Of a DNA stretch of 64,000 nucleotides, positions 47,114 through 55,287 are shown in pieces. The notes under the pieces were generated by a model. It was not told where the DNA came from. It was given only the letters and a program-made list of their open reading frames with translations, and did no database searches. The stretch is taken from the NCBI GenBank assembly GCA_036522815.1, contig DATDFC010000102.1:22056-86055 (forward strand), written 5' to 3'. Source of the stretch: Gemmatimonadales bacterium. GTDB taxonomy: Bacteria > Gemmatimonadota > Gemmatimonadetes > Gemmatimonadales > GWC2-71-9. Position 1 is the stretch's first letter; the number at the start of each line of letters is the position of its first letter. A program made the position numbers and the translations under genes.

Positions 47114-47181
47114 GAAGGTTGTGGAGGTTGTGGAGGTTCTGGAGGCTTACCTCCACAACCTCCACGACCTCCTGAACCTCC
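47114..47181. repeat. 9-bp-periodic palindrome of GGAGG / CCTCC units filling an intergenic spacer
   Basis: (GAAGGTTGT) GGAGGTTGT GGAGGTTCT GGAGG-CTTA-CCTCCACAA CCTCCACGA CCTCCTGAA CCTCC. It folds into a hairpin of about 32 bp with 4-5 mismatches or wobbles (hand pairing). Confidence 0.8.
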
Positions 47182-47187
47182 ATGACC

Positions 47188-48387
47188 TCATTTCAGCAAC
47201 ATGTCGTGCGGCCGCGCCTCGCCCGTCGGCAGGTGTTCGAAGTCGACGTCGAATTTGGGATCGAGCGTCATGCCCTTCGCGCTCACCTCGATGAGGCGTA
47301 CGCGGTAGGGCACCTTGCCGTCCAGGTTCGAGAGCAGCGAGTTGCTCACGTACAGGCGCTTGTTGTCGGGCGTGAGCTTCATCATCTGCGCCTGGGGGAA
47401 GGCGACCGTGCTGACGAGCTTGGGGTGCAGCGGGTCGGCGATATCGTACTGCTGTACCGCACCGCCACCGAACAGCGACACGAACAGGAAACGGTTGTCG
47501 TAAGAGATCCGCATGTCCGCCGGGATCGCATTGTCGGCCAGCTTGAGCACGCGCGTGAACGCGAGCTTGCCGTCGTTTCCTACCTGCCAGTGCCACACGC
47601 TGTTGCCGAAGGCGCAGTTGATGAAGCCGCCGCGCGCCGTCGCCCCGTGCAGCCAGCGCACCTCGAGCGGCGCTTTGTCGAGGTGCTCCTCCTGGAGCAC
47701 TTTGCCGGTCTTGTAGTCCCAGGCGACCACGACGTCCCCCACCTGGTCCATCGGCGTATTGCCGGCCTTCACCGCGTGCGGGTGCGCCCAGCTCGAGGTC
47801 ACGATCAGGTTCAGCTCCGGCTTGATCCCGACGTCGTACATGTAATCCGGCGCTGGGAGCGCCTTCACAAAGTTGCCATCGTTGTCGAGCTGCACCAGCG
47901 CGCCCGGCGCACCGCCGTCCTTCGCCCCCAGCATTGCGATCATCACGCCGCCGGGGACGGCATAGAAGGTGTGCGGCCCCGAGAAGCCGGTGCTCGTCGC
48001 CAGGTCGGGCACCGTCTTGACGAGCGTGGGATGCTTCGGGTCGGTGGCGACGTCGTAGATGAACAGCCGGTTGGAGAACAGTCCGCCCGCGAAGATGCGG
48101 TCGGCGTTGACGGTGTAGCCGAAGTGGTGGGCCTCGTTAGCGGGCGCGCTGGTCGGCACGGTCGCGATAATCGTTCCGTAGGCCGACGAGGTGGGGCTCG
48201 CGTCGATCACGGTGAGAAAGTCGGGGTCCTTCTGGTCGGCGTCGCTGGTCCAGACGTACAGCACGGACTCGTGCTGGTCGGGGCGGAGGCCCCGGACGAA
48301 GACCGATTCGTCCTCCGGGCCGGGGCGCGCGGTGAGGAGGCCGGCGGGCAGGGCGGCGACGAGCAGCAGCGTAGCGGTGCGATTCAC
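47188..48387 (-). CDS. selenium-binding protein (SBP56) family / methanethiol-oxidase-like, exported
   Basis: Block-wise similarity to SELENBP1 (DFLTVIDASP, NRLFIYDVATDPKHPTL, PLEVRWLH, DNRFLFVSLFGGGAVQQYDIADPLHPKL, DNKRLYVSNSLLS, LDPKFDVDF). GTG at 48387 with GAGAGGA upstream gives a signal peptide. Confidence 0.8.
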   Translation of the reverse strand: MNRTATLLLVAALPAGLLTARPGPEDESVFVRGLRPDQHESVLYVWTSDADQKDPDFLTVIDASPTSSAYGTIIATVPTSAPANEAHHFGYTVNADRIFAGGLFSNRLFIYDVATDPKHPTLVKTVPDLATSTGFSGPHTFYAVPGGVMIAMLGAKDGGAPGALVQLDNDGNFVKALPAPDYMYDVGIKPELNLIVTSSWAHPHAVKAGNTPMDQVGDVVVAWDYKTGKVLQEEHLDKAPLEVRWLHGATARGGFINCAFGNSVWHWQVGNDGKLAFTRVLKLADNAIPADMRISYDNRFLFVSLFGGGAVQQYDIADPLHPKLVSTVAFPQAQMMKLTPDNKRLYVSNSLLSNLDGKVPYRVRLIEVSAKGMTLDPKFDVDFEHLPTGEARPHDMLLK

Positions 48388-48497
48388 GTGTGGATCCTCT
48401 CGCGAGAGCGTTGGGCGCGGCGGAAACGGTGAAGCTACCGCCGGGCCCCCTCCGGGCAAGACCCGCCCCGTCGCTAGATTACCCGCGGGGAGATCGC

Positions 48498-49583
48498 ATG
48501 AAACAATGGCTTGAAACGCGCGAGGTGCTCGATTTCCTGGCCGGGGCCCGCCGCGGGGGAAAGCCCGCCGCCTTGGCGACGGTCGTGCGGGTCCGCGGCT
48601 CGGCCTACCGGCACGAGGGCTCGAAGCTCGCCGTCGCGGGCGACGGCAGCAGCGCGGGCAACGTGAGCGGTGGCTGCCTCGAGCAGGACGTGCGCGAAGT
48701 GGCGCTGCAGGTCATCCGCAGCGGAGCGCCCGAGCTCCGGAGCTACTGCTCCAGCGCCGACGAAATCGCCGCCTGGGACCTGGGCGTGGGGTGCGAAGGA
48801 CAAGTCGAGGTGTACGTGGAGCCGGCGCCGGACGCCCGTTCGCGTGAACGGGACCTGCTCGAGGGGCGGGAGCCGTTTGCCGTCGCGACGCCCATCGGGA
48901 TGCGAGCTGCGAAATGCGGGATGCGACTGATCGTGACGGGCGCAGGCGTCGAAGGTGATCTCGGATCGATAGATCTGAATTCCCGCGTCGCGGCCAAGGC
49001 GCGCGAGCTGCTCGCAACCGGAGAATCCGGGATCCACGAGATCGGCGGCGGGTCGGTGTTCTTCGACGTGTTGCTGCCTCCGCCCCAGCTGGTGGTGCTG
49101 GGCGCGGGCGACGACGCCCGGCCACTGGTCCGGTTCGCGGCCGACGTCGGGTTCCGCGTCGTGGTCGTCGATCGGCGGGTCGGGTTGCTCACCCACGAGC
49201 GGTTCCCGGCCGCGGCGCTGGTGCGGAGCACGGGCGACGAGCTGGGAGAAGCGACGCCGCTCGACGCCGAGTGCTACGCCGTCGTGATGAACCACAACTT
49301 CGCGGACGATCAGGCGTATCTGCGCGCGCTCCTGAAAACGCCGGTCTGCTACATCGGCGTGCTGGGTCCGCGCCAGCGCACCGATCGTATGCTGCGGAAC
49401 CTCGCCGCCCAGGGCCCCCTGGACGAGGGGCGCGTGTACGGGCCCGTGGGCCTGGACATCGGGACCGACGGCGCCGAACAGGTGGCGCTGGCCGTGATCG
49501 CGGAGGTTCTCGCGGTGCGCTCCGGCCGGCGGGCCCGGTCGCTGCGAGAGCGCCTCGCGCCCATCCATGCTCCGGGCGACTGA
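48498..49583 (+). CDS. XdhC/CoxI-family molybdoenzyme maturation protein
   Basis: N-terminal XdhC_CoxI block (VVRVRGSAYRHEGSKL...NVSGGCLE) and a C-terminal Rossmann-like block (LVVLGAGDDARPL...YIGVLGPRQR). ATG at 48498. Confidence 0.8.
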   Translation: MKQWLETREVLDFLAGARRGGKPAALATVVRVRGSAYRHEGSKLAVAGDGSSAGNVSGGCLEQDVREVALQVIRSGAPELRSYCSSADEIAAWDLGVGCEGQVEVYVEPAPDARSRERDLLEGREPFAVATPIGMRAAKCGMRLIVTGAGVEGDLGSIDLNSRVAAKARELLATGESGIHEIGGGSVFFDVLLPPPQLVVLGAGDDARPLVRFAADVGFRVVVVDRRVGLLTHERFPAAALVRSTGDELGEATPLDAECYAVVMNHNFADDQAYLRALLKTPVCYIGVLGPRQRTDRMLRNLAAQGPLDEGRVYGPVGLDIGTDGAEQVALAVIAEVLAVRSGRRARSLRERLAPIHAPGD

Positions 49584-50181
49584 GCCTGTGAATGTGGCCG
49601 GCGTCGTGCTCGCCGCTGGCGCCTCGCGCCGCATGGGACCGGGCCGGAACAAGATGCTGCTCGAGCTCGCGGGCGAGCCGCTGGTACGCCGCGCCGCCCA
49701 CCGGGCGCTCGCGGCCGGACTGTCGCCCGTGGTGGTTGTGCTCGGCCACGAGGCCGACCGGGCCCGCGCCGCCCTCGCGGGGTTGCCCGTGGAAATCACC
49801 GTGAACCCCGATTTCACTGGGCCCACCAGCGGTTCGCTGCACGCAGGGCTCGACGTGCTGGGAGCGGATGTGGAGGCGGTGGTGGTCCTGCTGGCCGACA
49901 TGGTGCACGTGACCGCCGCCGCGCTCGCCGAGCTCGTGACCCGGACCCGCACCAGCGATGCGCCGCTCGTCGTGTCGCGCTACGGCGACGTCACCGCACC
50001 ACCGCTGCTATTTCGCCGCGCGCTGTTCAGCGAGCTGCTGGCGTGGACGGGAGAAGGGTGCGGCAAGGTGGTCGTGCAGGCGCACAAGCACGAGGCGCTG
50101 TACGTCGACCGGTCGGCCGCGGTGCTGCTGGACGTGGACACGCCGGAGGACTTCCAGGCGGCTCAGAACAGCTCCAGCTGA
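49567..50181 (+). CDS. MobA/MocA-like molybdenum-cofactor nucleotidyltransferase
   Basis: VAGVVLAAGASRRMG...NKMLL N-terminal motif. Overlaps the xdhC 3' end by 17 nt. Confidence 0.75.
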   Translation: MLRATEPVNVAGVVLAAGASRRMGPGRNKMLLELAGEPLVRRAAHRALAAGLSPVVVVLGHEADRARAALAGLPVEITVNPDFTGPTSGSLHAGLDVLGADVEAVVVLLADMVHVTAAALAELVTRTRTSDAPLVVSRYGDVTAPPLLFRRALFSELLAWTGEGCGKVVVQAHKHEALYVDRSAAVLLDVDTPEDFQAAQNSSS

Positions 50182-51662
50182 TCCGCCACCAGGCTCCGCA
50201 GTTTCTCGAGCAGCTTCACCATCGCCCACGTGTCGCGCTCGCAATAGCGCAGCAGCGCGTCCCGCAGCGCCGCCCGCTCATCCGCCGGCAGCTCGGCGCC
50301 CCGCAGCATCAGGCGCTGGAGCTCGACCGTCGCGGCCTCGCCGTCCTGGACCTGCAAGTCCGCGTACGACAGCCCCGGGACGAGCGCGGGCAGCGTCTTC
50401 TTGATGCTGAAGCCGCCGCCGAAGTCGGGGTGGTAGACATGTCTCCGGATCACCGGCAACAAGTCCACGAGGCGCCGTTCGATGCGCTCGAGCTCTTTGG
50501 CGCAGCCGGGCACCGCCTCCCGCAGCTGTCTGATGCAGTCCCGCTCGAAGCTCGCGTAATACGCCACGATCTTTTTCGCCCCGGCGCATGCCTCCACCAG
50601 GGCCGCGGCGAGCGCCGGGCGCGGATCCGCGGGCCCCTCCGCGATCCATTCACGGTGCACCAGGGCCCCCCGCTCTTCGGCATGCACGCTGAACTGCACC
50701 GGCACCTGCTGCCACGGTCGGCACCCCGCCCAACGGGGGACCGCGAGGCTCACCGTCTCGAAATCGAGAAACGCGAGCGGTGACGCGAACTGGGCGAGCG
50801 GCTTTGTGAGCGTGGGCTCTACGACCATCCGCCCGCTCTGAACGGCCTTCACCTGGCGTGCATGGATCACCGAGAGCTCCAGGTCGGACGGCAGGTCGTA
50901 GATGGTCGCAAACCCGTCGGCCTCGAGCTCGAGGGCCCGCTTCCGGTCGATGCGGTACAGGCTGCTCACGTGATGATCGGACGTCTTGGGCCAGCAGCGC
51001 GCGATGAACGGGCAGTCGTGCGGCGTGGTGCAGTGCTCGCCGATGGGGACGTCCGGGACCGGTCCTGCGAGCATCGCCCGCTGGGCCGCGAGCTCGTCCG
51101 GCACGCCGATCAGCGCCCCCTCCACCAGCGCCGTCACGTCTTCGCGGATGAACAGGTTGGCCAGGTCGGGGTAGCGGCATTGCGGGTTGAGGTGCATGAC
51201 CTCGGCGCGCTCCACCGGGAGGCCCGCCTGCCGCAGCACGTACACCTGGACGGCCGCGTCGGGAAGGTGCTCCGGCTTGCGGCTGTTGGACGCCTTCACC
51301 TCGATCACGCCGTAGCCCCGGGCGGTGCGCTCCAGGATGTCCACACCCACGTAGGTGTCGTCCGCCAGAAACCAGGCCTCGTAAATCGCCGGCACGTCGT
51401 GTTGCAGGGCCGCGCGCGTGGCGGCTACCATGTTGTCGTGCTGATAAGACGGCAGATCGATCAGCTGCCCGCCCGGCACGTGCTGGCGGGCGCGCACGCC
51501 CACCTCGCGCCCCTGGGCGAGCCGGTTCTGCTGTCCCGCCGACGGCGACAGCTCCGGGGCGTCGGGGTCGTGCACCCGCCACCACAGCTGCTTGTGACAC
51601 TGGAGGCCCGACAGATAGCGCGACTTGGAAAGCCGCGGCGGCGCGGGGAGGGCGGACGGCAT
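50163..51662 (-). CDS. DUF2779-family protein (PD-(D/E)xK nuclease-like N-domain plus RNase-H-fold exonuclease-like C-domain)
   Basis: ATG at 51662. Characteristic N-terminus LSKSRYLSGLQCHKQLWW, a Cys cluster CTTPHDCPFIARC, the FLDFET block and the C-terminal YCERDTWAM. Confidence 0.75.
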   Translation of the reverse strand: MPSALPAPPRLSKSRYLSGLQCHKQLWWRVHDPDAPELSPSAGQQNRLAQGREVGVRARQHVPGGQLIDLPSYQHDNMVAATRAALQHDVPAIYEAWFLADDTYVGVDILERTARGYGVIEVKASNSRKPEHLPDAAVQVYVLRQAGLPVERAEVMHLNPQCRYPDLANLFIREDVTALVEGALIGVPDELAAQRAMLAGPVPDVPIGEHCTTPHDCPFIARCWPKTSDHHVSSLYRIDRKRALELEADGFATIYDLPSDLELSVIHARQVKAVQSGRMVVEPTLTKPLAQFASPLAFLDFETVSLAVPRWAGCRPWQQVPVQFSVHAEERGALVHREWIAEGPADPRPALAAALVEACAGAKKIVAYYASFERDCIRQLREAVPGCAKELERIERRLVDLLPVIRRHVYHPDFGGGFSIKKTLPALVPGLSYADLQVQDGEAATVELQRLMLRGAELPADERAALRDALLRYCERDTWAMVKLLEKLRSLVADQLELF

Positions 51663-51774
51663 GACTAGAACTGTAACCGGTAACTCACGCGTCGATGGGA
51701 ACTTCGCGTTCGGGGGGACACGGGCGCTTGACGCCGCGCCCGCTCGCTCCGTATAAGAGGAGCCCGGAGGAAAC

Positions 51775-52407
51775 ATGGTGTTACGCGTAGTACTGGCCGA
51801 CGACCACGTGGTGCTGCGGCAGGGCGTGCGCGCCCTGCTCGAGCGTCACGGATTCGCGGTGGTGGCCGAGGCATCCGACGGGCGGGCGGCCGTGGAGGTG
51901 GCGCGCGAGCTCGAGCCCGACGTCGCGGTGCTCGACATCATGATGCCGTTGCTCAACGGCATTGATGCCGCGGGCCAGATCGTCGCGGCCTGTCCCAACA
52001 CCCAGGTCGTGATGCTGACGGCGCTCGAGCAGGAGCGCCTGGTGACGGACGCGGTCCGTGCGGGCGTGCGCGGGTTCGTGCTCAAGACCCAGGCGGGAGA
52101 GGATCTCGCCCAGGCCATCGAGCAGGTGTCGCGCGGCGGGTTCTACGTCGGCGCGGGCGTCTCGCAGGCGGTGGTGGAGGCCTGCCGCGCAGCCGCCGCG
52201 GCGGACCGCGGCCGGCTGACCTCACGTGAGCGCCAGGTCGTGCAGCTCGTGGCCGAGGGCAAGTCGACCAAGCAGGTCGCCGCGCTGCTCGCGATCACTC
52301 CCAAGACGGCCGAGTTCCACCGCACGCGCGTGATGAAGAAGCTGAACGTGCACGATGTCGCCGGTCTCGTCCGCTACGCGATCCGTGAGGGCCTCATCGA
52401 GCCGTGA
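51775..52407 (+). CDS. NarL/FixJ-type response regulator (REC + LuxR HTH)
   Basis: VVLADDH...VAVLDIMMP receiver motifs. LuxR HTH LTSRERQVVQLVAEGKSTKQVAALLAITPKTAEFHR. GGAGG upstream of the ATG. Confidence 0.9.
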   Translation: MVLRVVLADDHVVLRQGVRALLERHGFAVVAEASDGRAAVEVARELEPDVAVLDIMMPLLNGIDAAGQIVAACPNTQVVMLTALEQERLVTDAVRAGVRGFVLKTQAGEDLAQAIEQVSRGGFYVGAGVSQAVVEACRAAAAADRGRLTSRERQVVQLVAEGKSTKQVAALLAITPKTAEFHRTRVMKKLNVHDVAGLVRYAIREGLIEP

Positions 52408-52541
52408 CGCCCCCGGGTCTTCTCCCCGCCTGATCTAGGGGTTCGCCCGGTTTTTCCCAAGGGCTTCCGCTGCGACATTCTAGAGCACGCAGCACGGGCG
52501 CCCTAATCTGTCATGCACGCCCTCATTGCGAGAGCACCAGC

Positions 52542-53480
52542 TTGCCTCAGCGCGCGCCCTTCATCCGCATACCCGTGGTCTTCGTTGCCCACGCCGGCAC
52601 CTGGCTCACCCGGGCGCTCGACAGCATGCTCGCTCCTCAGGGATACAGGGTGCTGTCCGTGGCGAGCGGGCGCGAACTGTTGGAGCAGGCGCCGGAGCTG
52701 CGGCCGGACGTGGTCCTCCTCGACGCGAACCTCCAGGATCTCGACAGTATCGTCGTGTGTCGCCGGCTGCGGCAGCACCGGGCCGTGTCGTGGCACACGC
52801 CCGTCATCATGATCACTTCGACTCCGGCGACCAAGCAGCAGCGGCTCGCGGCGCTCGAGGCGGGGGCGTGGGACTATCTGAGCCTCGGGCTCAACGCTGA
52901 GGAGCTCCTGTTGAAGGTCGACGCGTTCACTCGCGTCAAGCTCGAGACCGACCACGTGCTGGAAGAGGATACGGAGGCGGCGAGCGGATTGTACACGAAA
53001 CGGGGTCTCGAGCGACGCGCCCGCGAGCTGGTCTCCGACGCGTTTCGCCGCCACGCCCCGCTCGCCTGCGTGGCGCTCGCCGTGGAGCCGGAAGCCCCCC
53101 AGGCTCGGCCGGCGGCCGCGACTGCGCCGCCGACCGTCGTCGACTTCGCATCGCGGCTGCTCCAGGCGAGCGGCCGTGCCTCGGACGCCATCGGTCGAGC
53201 CGCGGGCGGCGAATTCCTCGTGCTCGCTCCCTCGACCACGCCCGCCGGAGCGGCGCAGATGGCGCGCCGGCTGTCGCAGGTGATCGAGGGTGGCCCGCGG
53301 CCCGCCGGGCTGCCGCCGCTCGAGGTACGGGCGGGGTTCGAGGCGGTCATGGATCTGCACGAGACGCCGCTCGACCCCGCCAGCCTGCTCGGGCACGCGA
53401 GCGCGGCCCTCGTCCGAGCCCGCGCCGCCGGCAACGGGTCGCGGATTCAGCGCTACGAAAGCGTAGTGGGTGGCTCCTAG
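52542..53480 (+). CDS. pseudo-receiver plus degenerate GGDEF-domain protein
   Basis: REC-like fold lacking the N-terminal acidic pair and the conserved Lys. The GGDEF domain has AGGEF in place of GG(D/E)EF, but RASD (RxxD) sits five residues upstream. The start (TTG at 52542) is uncertain. Confidence 0.65.
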   Translation: MPQRAPFIRIPVVFVAHAGTWLTRALDSMLAPQGYRVLSVASGRELLEQAPELRPDVVLLDANLQDLDSIVVCRRLRQHRAVSWHTPVIMITSTPATKQQRLAALEAGAWDYLSLGLNAEELLLKVDAFTRVKLETDHVLEEDTEAASGLYTKRGLERRARELVSDAFRRHAPLACVALAVEPEAPQARPAAATAPPTVVDFASRLLQASGRASDAIGRAAGGEFLVLAPSTTPAGAAQMARRLSQVIEGGPRPAGLPPLEVRAGFEAVMDLHETPLDPASLLGHASAALVRARAAGNGSRIQRYESVVGGS

Positions 53481-53986
53481 GACGCCGCCAGCGGGACCGG
53501 CACGACGGTCTCGCCCCACTGCAGGTACAGGAGAGCCTGGTCCGCGTCCGCGGCCGGAAAGTAGAATGCCAGCGCTTCCATGAACGGTCCCGCCTGCGGT
53601 TTCAGCGTGACGCGCAGCGCGTCCTGAGCCGGACCGGGATAGGGGATGTGGAAGACGTCGGCCGCCTTGCTGAAGATCAGCGTCCATTCCGAGGGGCCGG
53701 GAATCGCCCAGATGCTGTACTTACCGGCGGGGAGTCGCTGTCCGGCGACCAGCACGTCCCTGGTGACCGCGATCGTCGTCGCCTCGTCGGCTCCCGGACA
53801 CCACACCTTGCCCCAGGGCACCAGCTCGCCGAACAGGTTGCGGCCGCGCGCGCCCGGTCGGTTGTAGACGATCGTCACCTGGGTTGCGCCGATCGCCTGC
53901 ATGACCGTCGCGTGTTGGCTCTTGCGAGTCTGGGCGGGCAGCGCCGCCACGGGGATCGCCAGCCACAACGTGACCCGCCCGATCAT
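53477..53986 (-). CDS. DUF2911-domain exported protein
   Basis: Family pattern VTIVYNRPGARGRNLFGELVPWGKVWCPGADEATTI...GKYSIWAIP...WTLIF. ATGA-coupled to the upstream aminotransferase gene. Confidence 0.75.
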   Translation of the reverse strand: MIGRVTLWLAIPVAALPAQTRKSQHATVMQAIGATQVTIVYNRPGARGRNLFGELVPWGKVWCPGADEATTIAVTRDVLVAGQRLPAGKYSIWAIPGPSEWTLIFSKAADVFHIPYPGPAQDALRVTLKPQAGPFMEALAFYFPAADADQALLYLQWGETVVPVPLAAS

Positions 53987-55191
53987 CGGCGTACGAGGTT
54001 GATCAGCGCCGCGACGGCGGCATCGAGCTCGTCTTCCGTATTGTAGTAGTGTGGCGAGAAGCGGAGCACTGTGGCCGCGCCTTTATCGTCCATATCGAGC
54101 ACGCCGGACATGCGGTCGGCGGAGCTGGTGTTGACGCCGCGCTCGCGGAGACGCAGCTCGAGCTCGGCGGCGTTCTGTCCCCGGACGTCGAGTGTGACGA
54201 TGGCGCACCGCTCCCGGCCGCGGTCGAGCACCCGCCCCTCCGGCACCGTCCCGAGCCGCTCGCGCAGCAGCGCGGCGAGCCGCCAGGCTCGCTCATGACC
54301 GAGCCGGCCGGTGGCGAGCGCATAACGCGCGGCGGCGCCGAGGCCGACGATGAGGGCGTAGGCGAACTCCCAGTTCTCGAAGCGGCGCGCACCGTCCGCC
54401 AGGCGGAACGCGTCGGGGTCGGTCCAGTCGGCGCCGCGCATGTCGAGAAACAGCGGGAACGCCCCCCGCTCGAGCATCCGGTCGGACACGTACAGGAAGC
54501 CGATGCCGCGGGGGCCGCGCAGGAACTTGCGCCCCGTGGCGGCGAGGAAATCGCACCGCAGCGCGTTCACGTCGACCGCCATCTGGCCCACGGTCTGACA
54601 GGCGTCGACCACGTACGGCACCCCCAGCTCGGCACACACCCCGCCGACGGCGCAGGCGTCCTGCACCAGCCCCGAATTGGTCGGCACCCACGAGAGCGCG
54701 ACCAGCCGGGTGCGGGGATCGCGTGCCAGGCGGCGGACGCTCTCCGGGTCGACGCCGCCCTCGGGGAGATCGTCGGCGCGCAGCGTCTCCACGCCGGCGC
54801 GCTGCGCCAGCGACAGGTACATCAGCTGGTTCGACGGGTAGTCGGCGCGCGTGGTGACGATGCGGTCGCCAGGACGGAAGTCGAACGCGGAGAGCGCCTG
54901 GGAGAACGCGGCGGTCGCGTTCTCGACCAGCGCGATGTTCTTGGGCGCCGCGCCGACCAGCTGCGCCACGAGGGCGTAGGTCTCGCGCACGAGCGGCTCC
55001 GCTTCGTCGGCCGCCTCGTAGCCGCCGATCGCCGCCTCCCGCGCCAGGTGATCGGTGAGTGCCTCGAGCACGGGACGGGGCATCAGCCCGGCGCCCGCGT
55101 TGTTCAGATGAATGCGCTCCCGGCACCCGGGCGTGTCGCGGCGCCAGCGGTCGAGCTCTACGGGAGCGGAGGTCGTTGTGTGGGTGACCAT
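53983..55191 (-). CDS. class-V aminotransferase-fold PLP enzyme (cysteine-desulfurase-like)
   Basis: 402 aa. PLP-lysine context ATGRKFLRGPRGIGFLYV and family-wide similarity. Confidence 0.8.
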   Translation of the reverse strand: MVTHTTTSAPVELDRWRRDTPGCRERIHLNNAGAGLMPRPVLEALTDHLAREAAIGGYEAADEAEPLVRETYALVAQLVGAAPKNIALVENATAAFSQALSAFDFRPGDRIVTTRADYPSNQLMYLSLAQRAGVETLRADDLPEGGVDPESVRRLARDPRTRLVALSWVPTNSGLVQDACAVGGVCAELGVPYVVDACQTVGQMAVDVNALRCDFLAATGRKFLRGPRGIGFLYVSDRMLERGAFPLFLDMRGADWTDPDAFRLADGARRFENWEFAYALIVGLGAAARYALATGRLGHERAWRLAALLRERLGTVPEGRVLDRGRERCAIVTLDVRGQNAAELELRLRERGVNTSSADRMSGVLDMDDKGAATVLRFSPHYYNTEDELDAAVAALINLVRR

Positions 55192-55210
55192 CGATGAGAA
55201 AACAGGCCGC

Positions 55211-55285
55211 TAGTAACCCCGGGCGCAAGCCCGGGGCTCCCGGCATGGGGTCCGTAATCCCCGGGCTTGCGCCCGGGGTCAGTAC
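55211..55285. repeat. pair of inverted REP-like hairpins
   Basis: CCCCGGGC-GCAA-GCCCGGGG (55217-55236) and its reverse complement CCCCGGGC-TTGC-GCCCGGGG (55258-55277). The second copy with its flanks matches 45211-45243. Confidence 0.65.
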
Positions 55286-55287
55286 TC

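Noticed and set aside
47112-47183. 24-aa N-terminal extension of the HAD phosphatase (MEVQEVVEVVEVSLQNLHNLHNLP)
   Set aside because: It is encoded wholly by the 9-bp palindromic repeat, and HAD motif I normally lies within about 10 aa of the N-terminus. It is not fully excluded, because the ATG at 47183 has a GAGG upstream (see finding).
52408-52470. Terminator after the LuxR-type regulator (GGTTTTTCC at 52459-52467)
   Set aside because: Only 3-4-bp stems can be drawn before the T-run, which is too weak to call.
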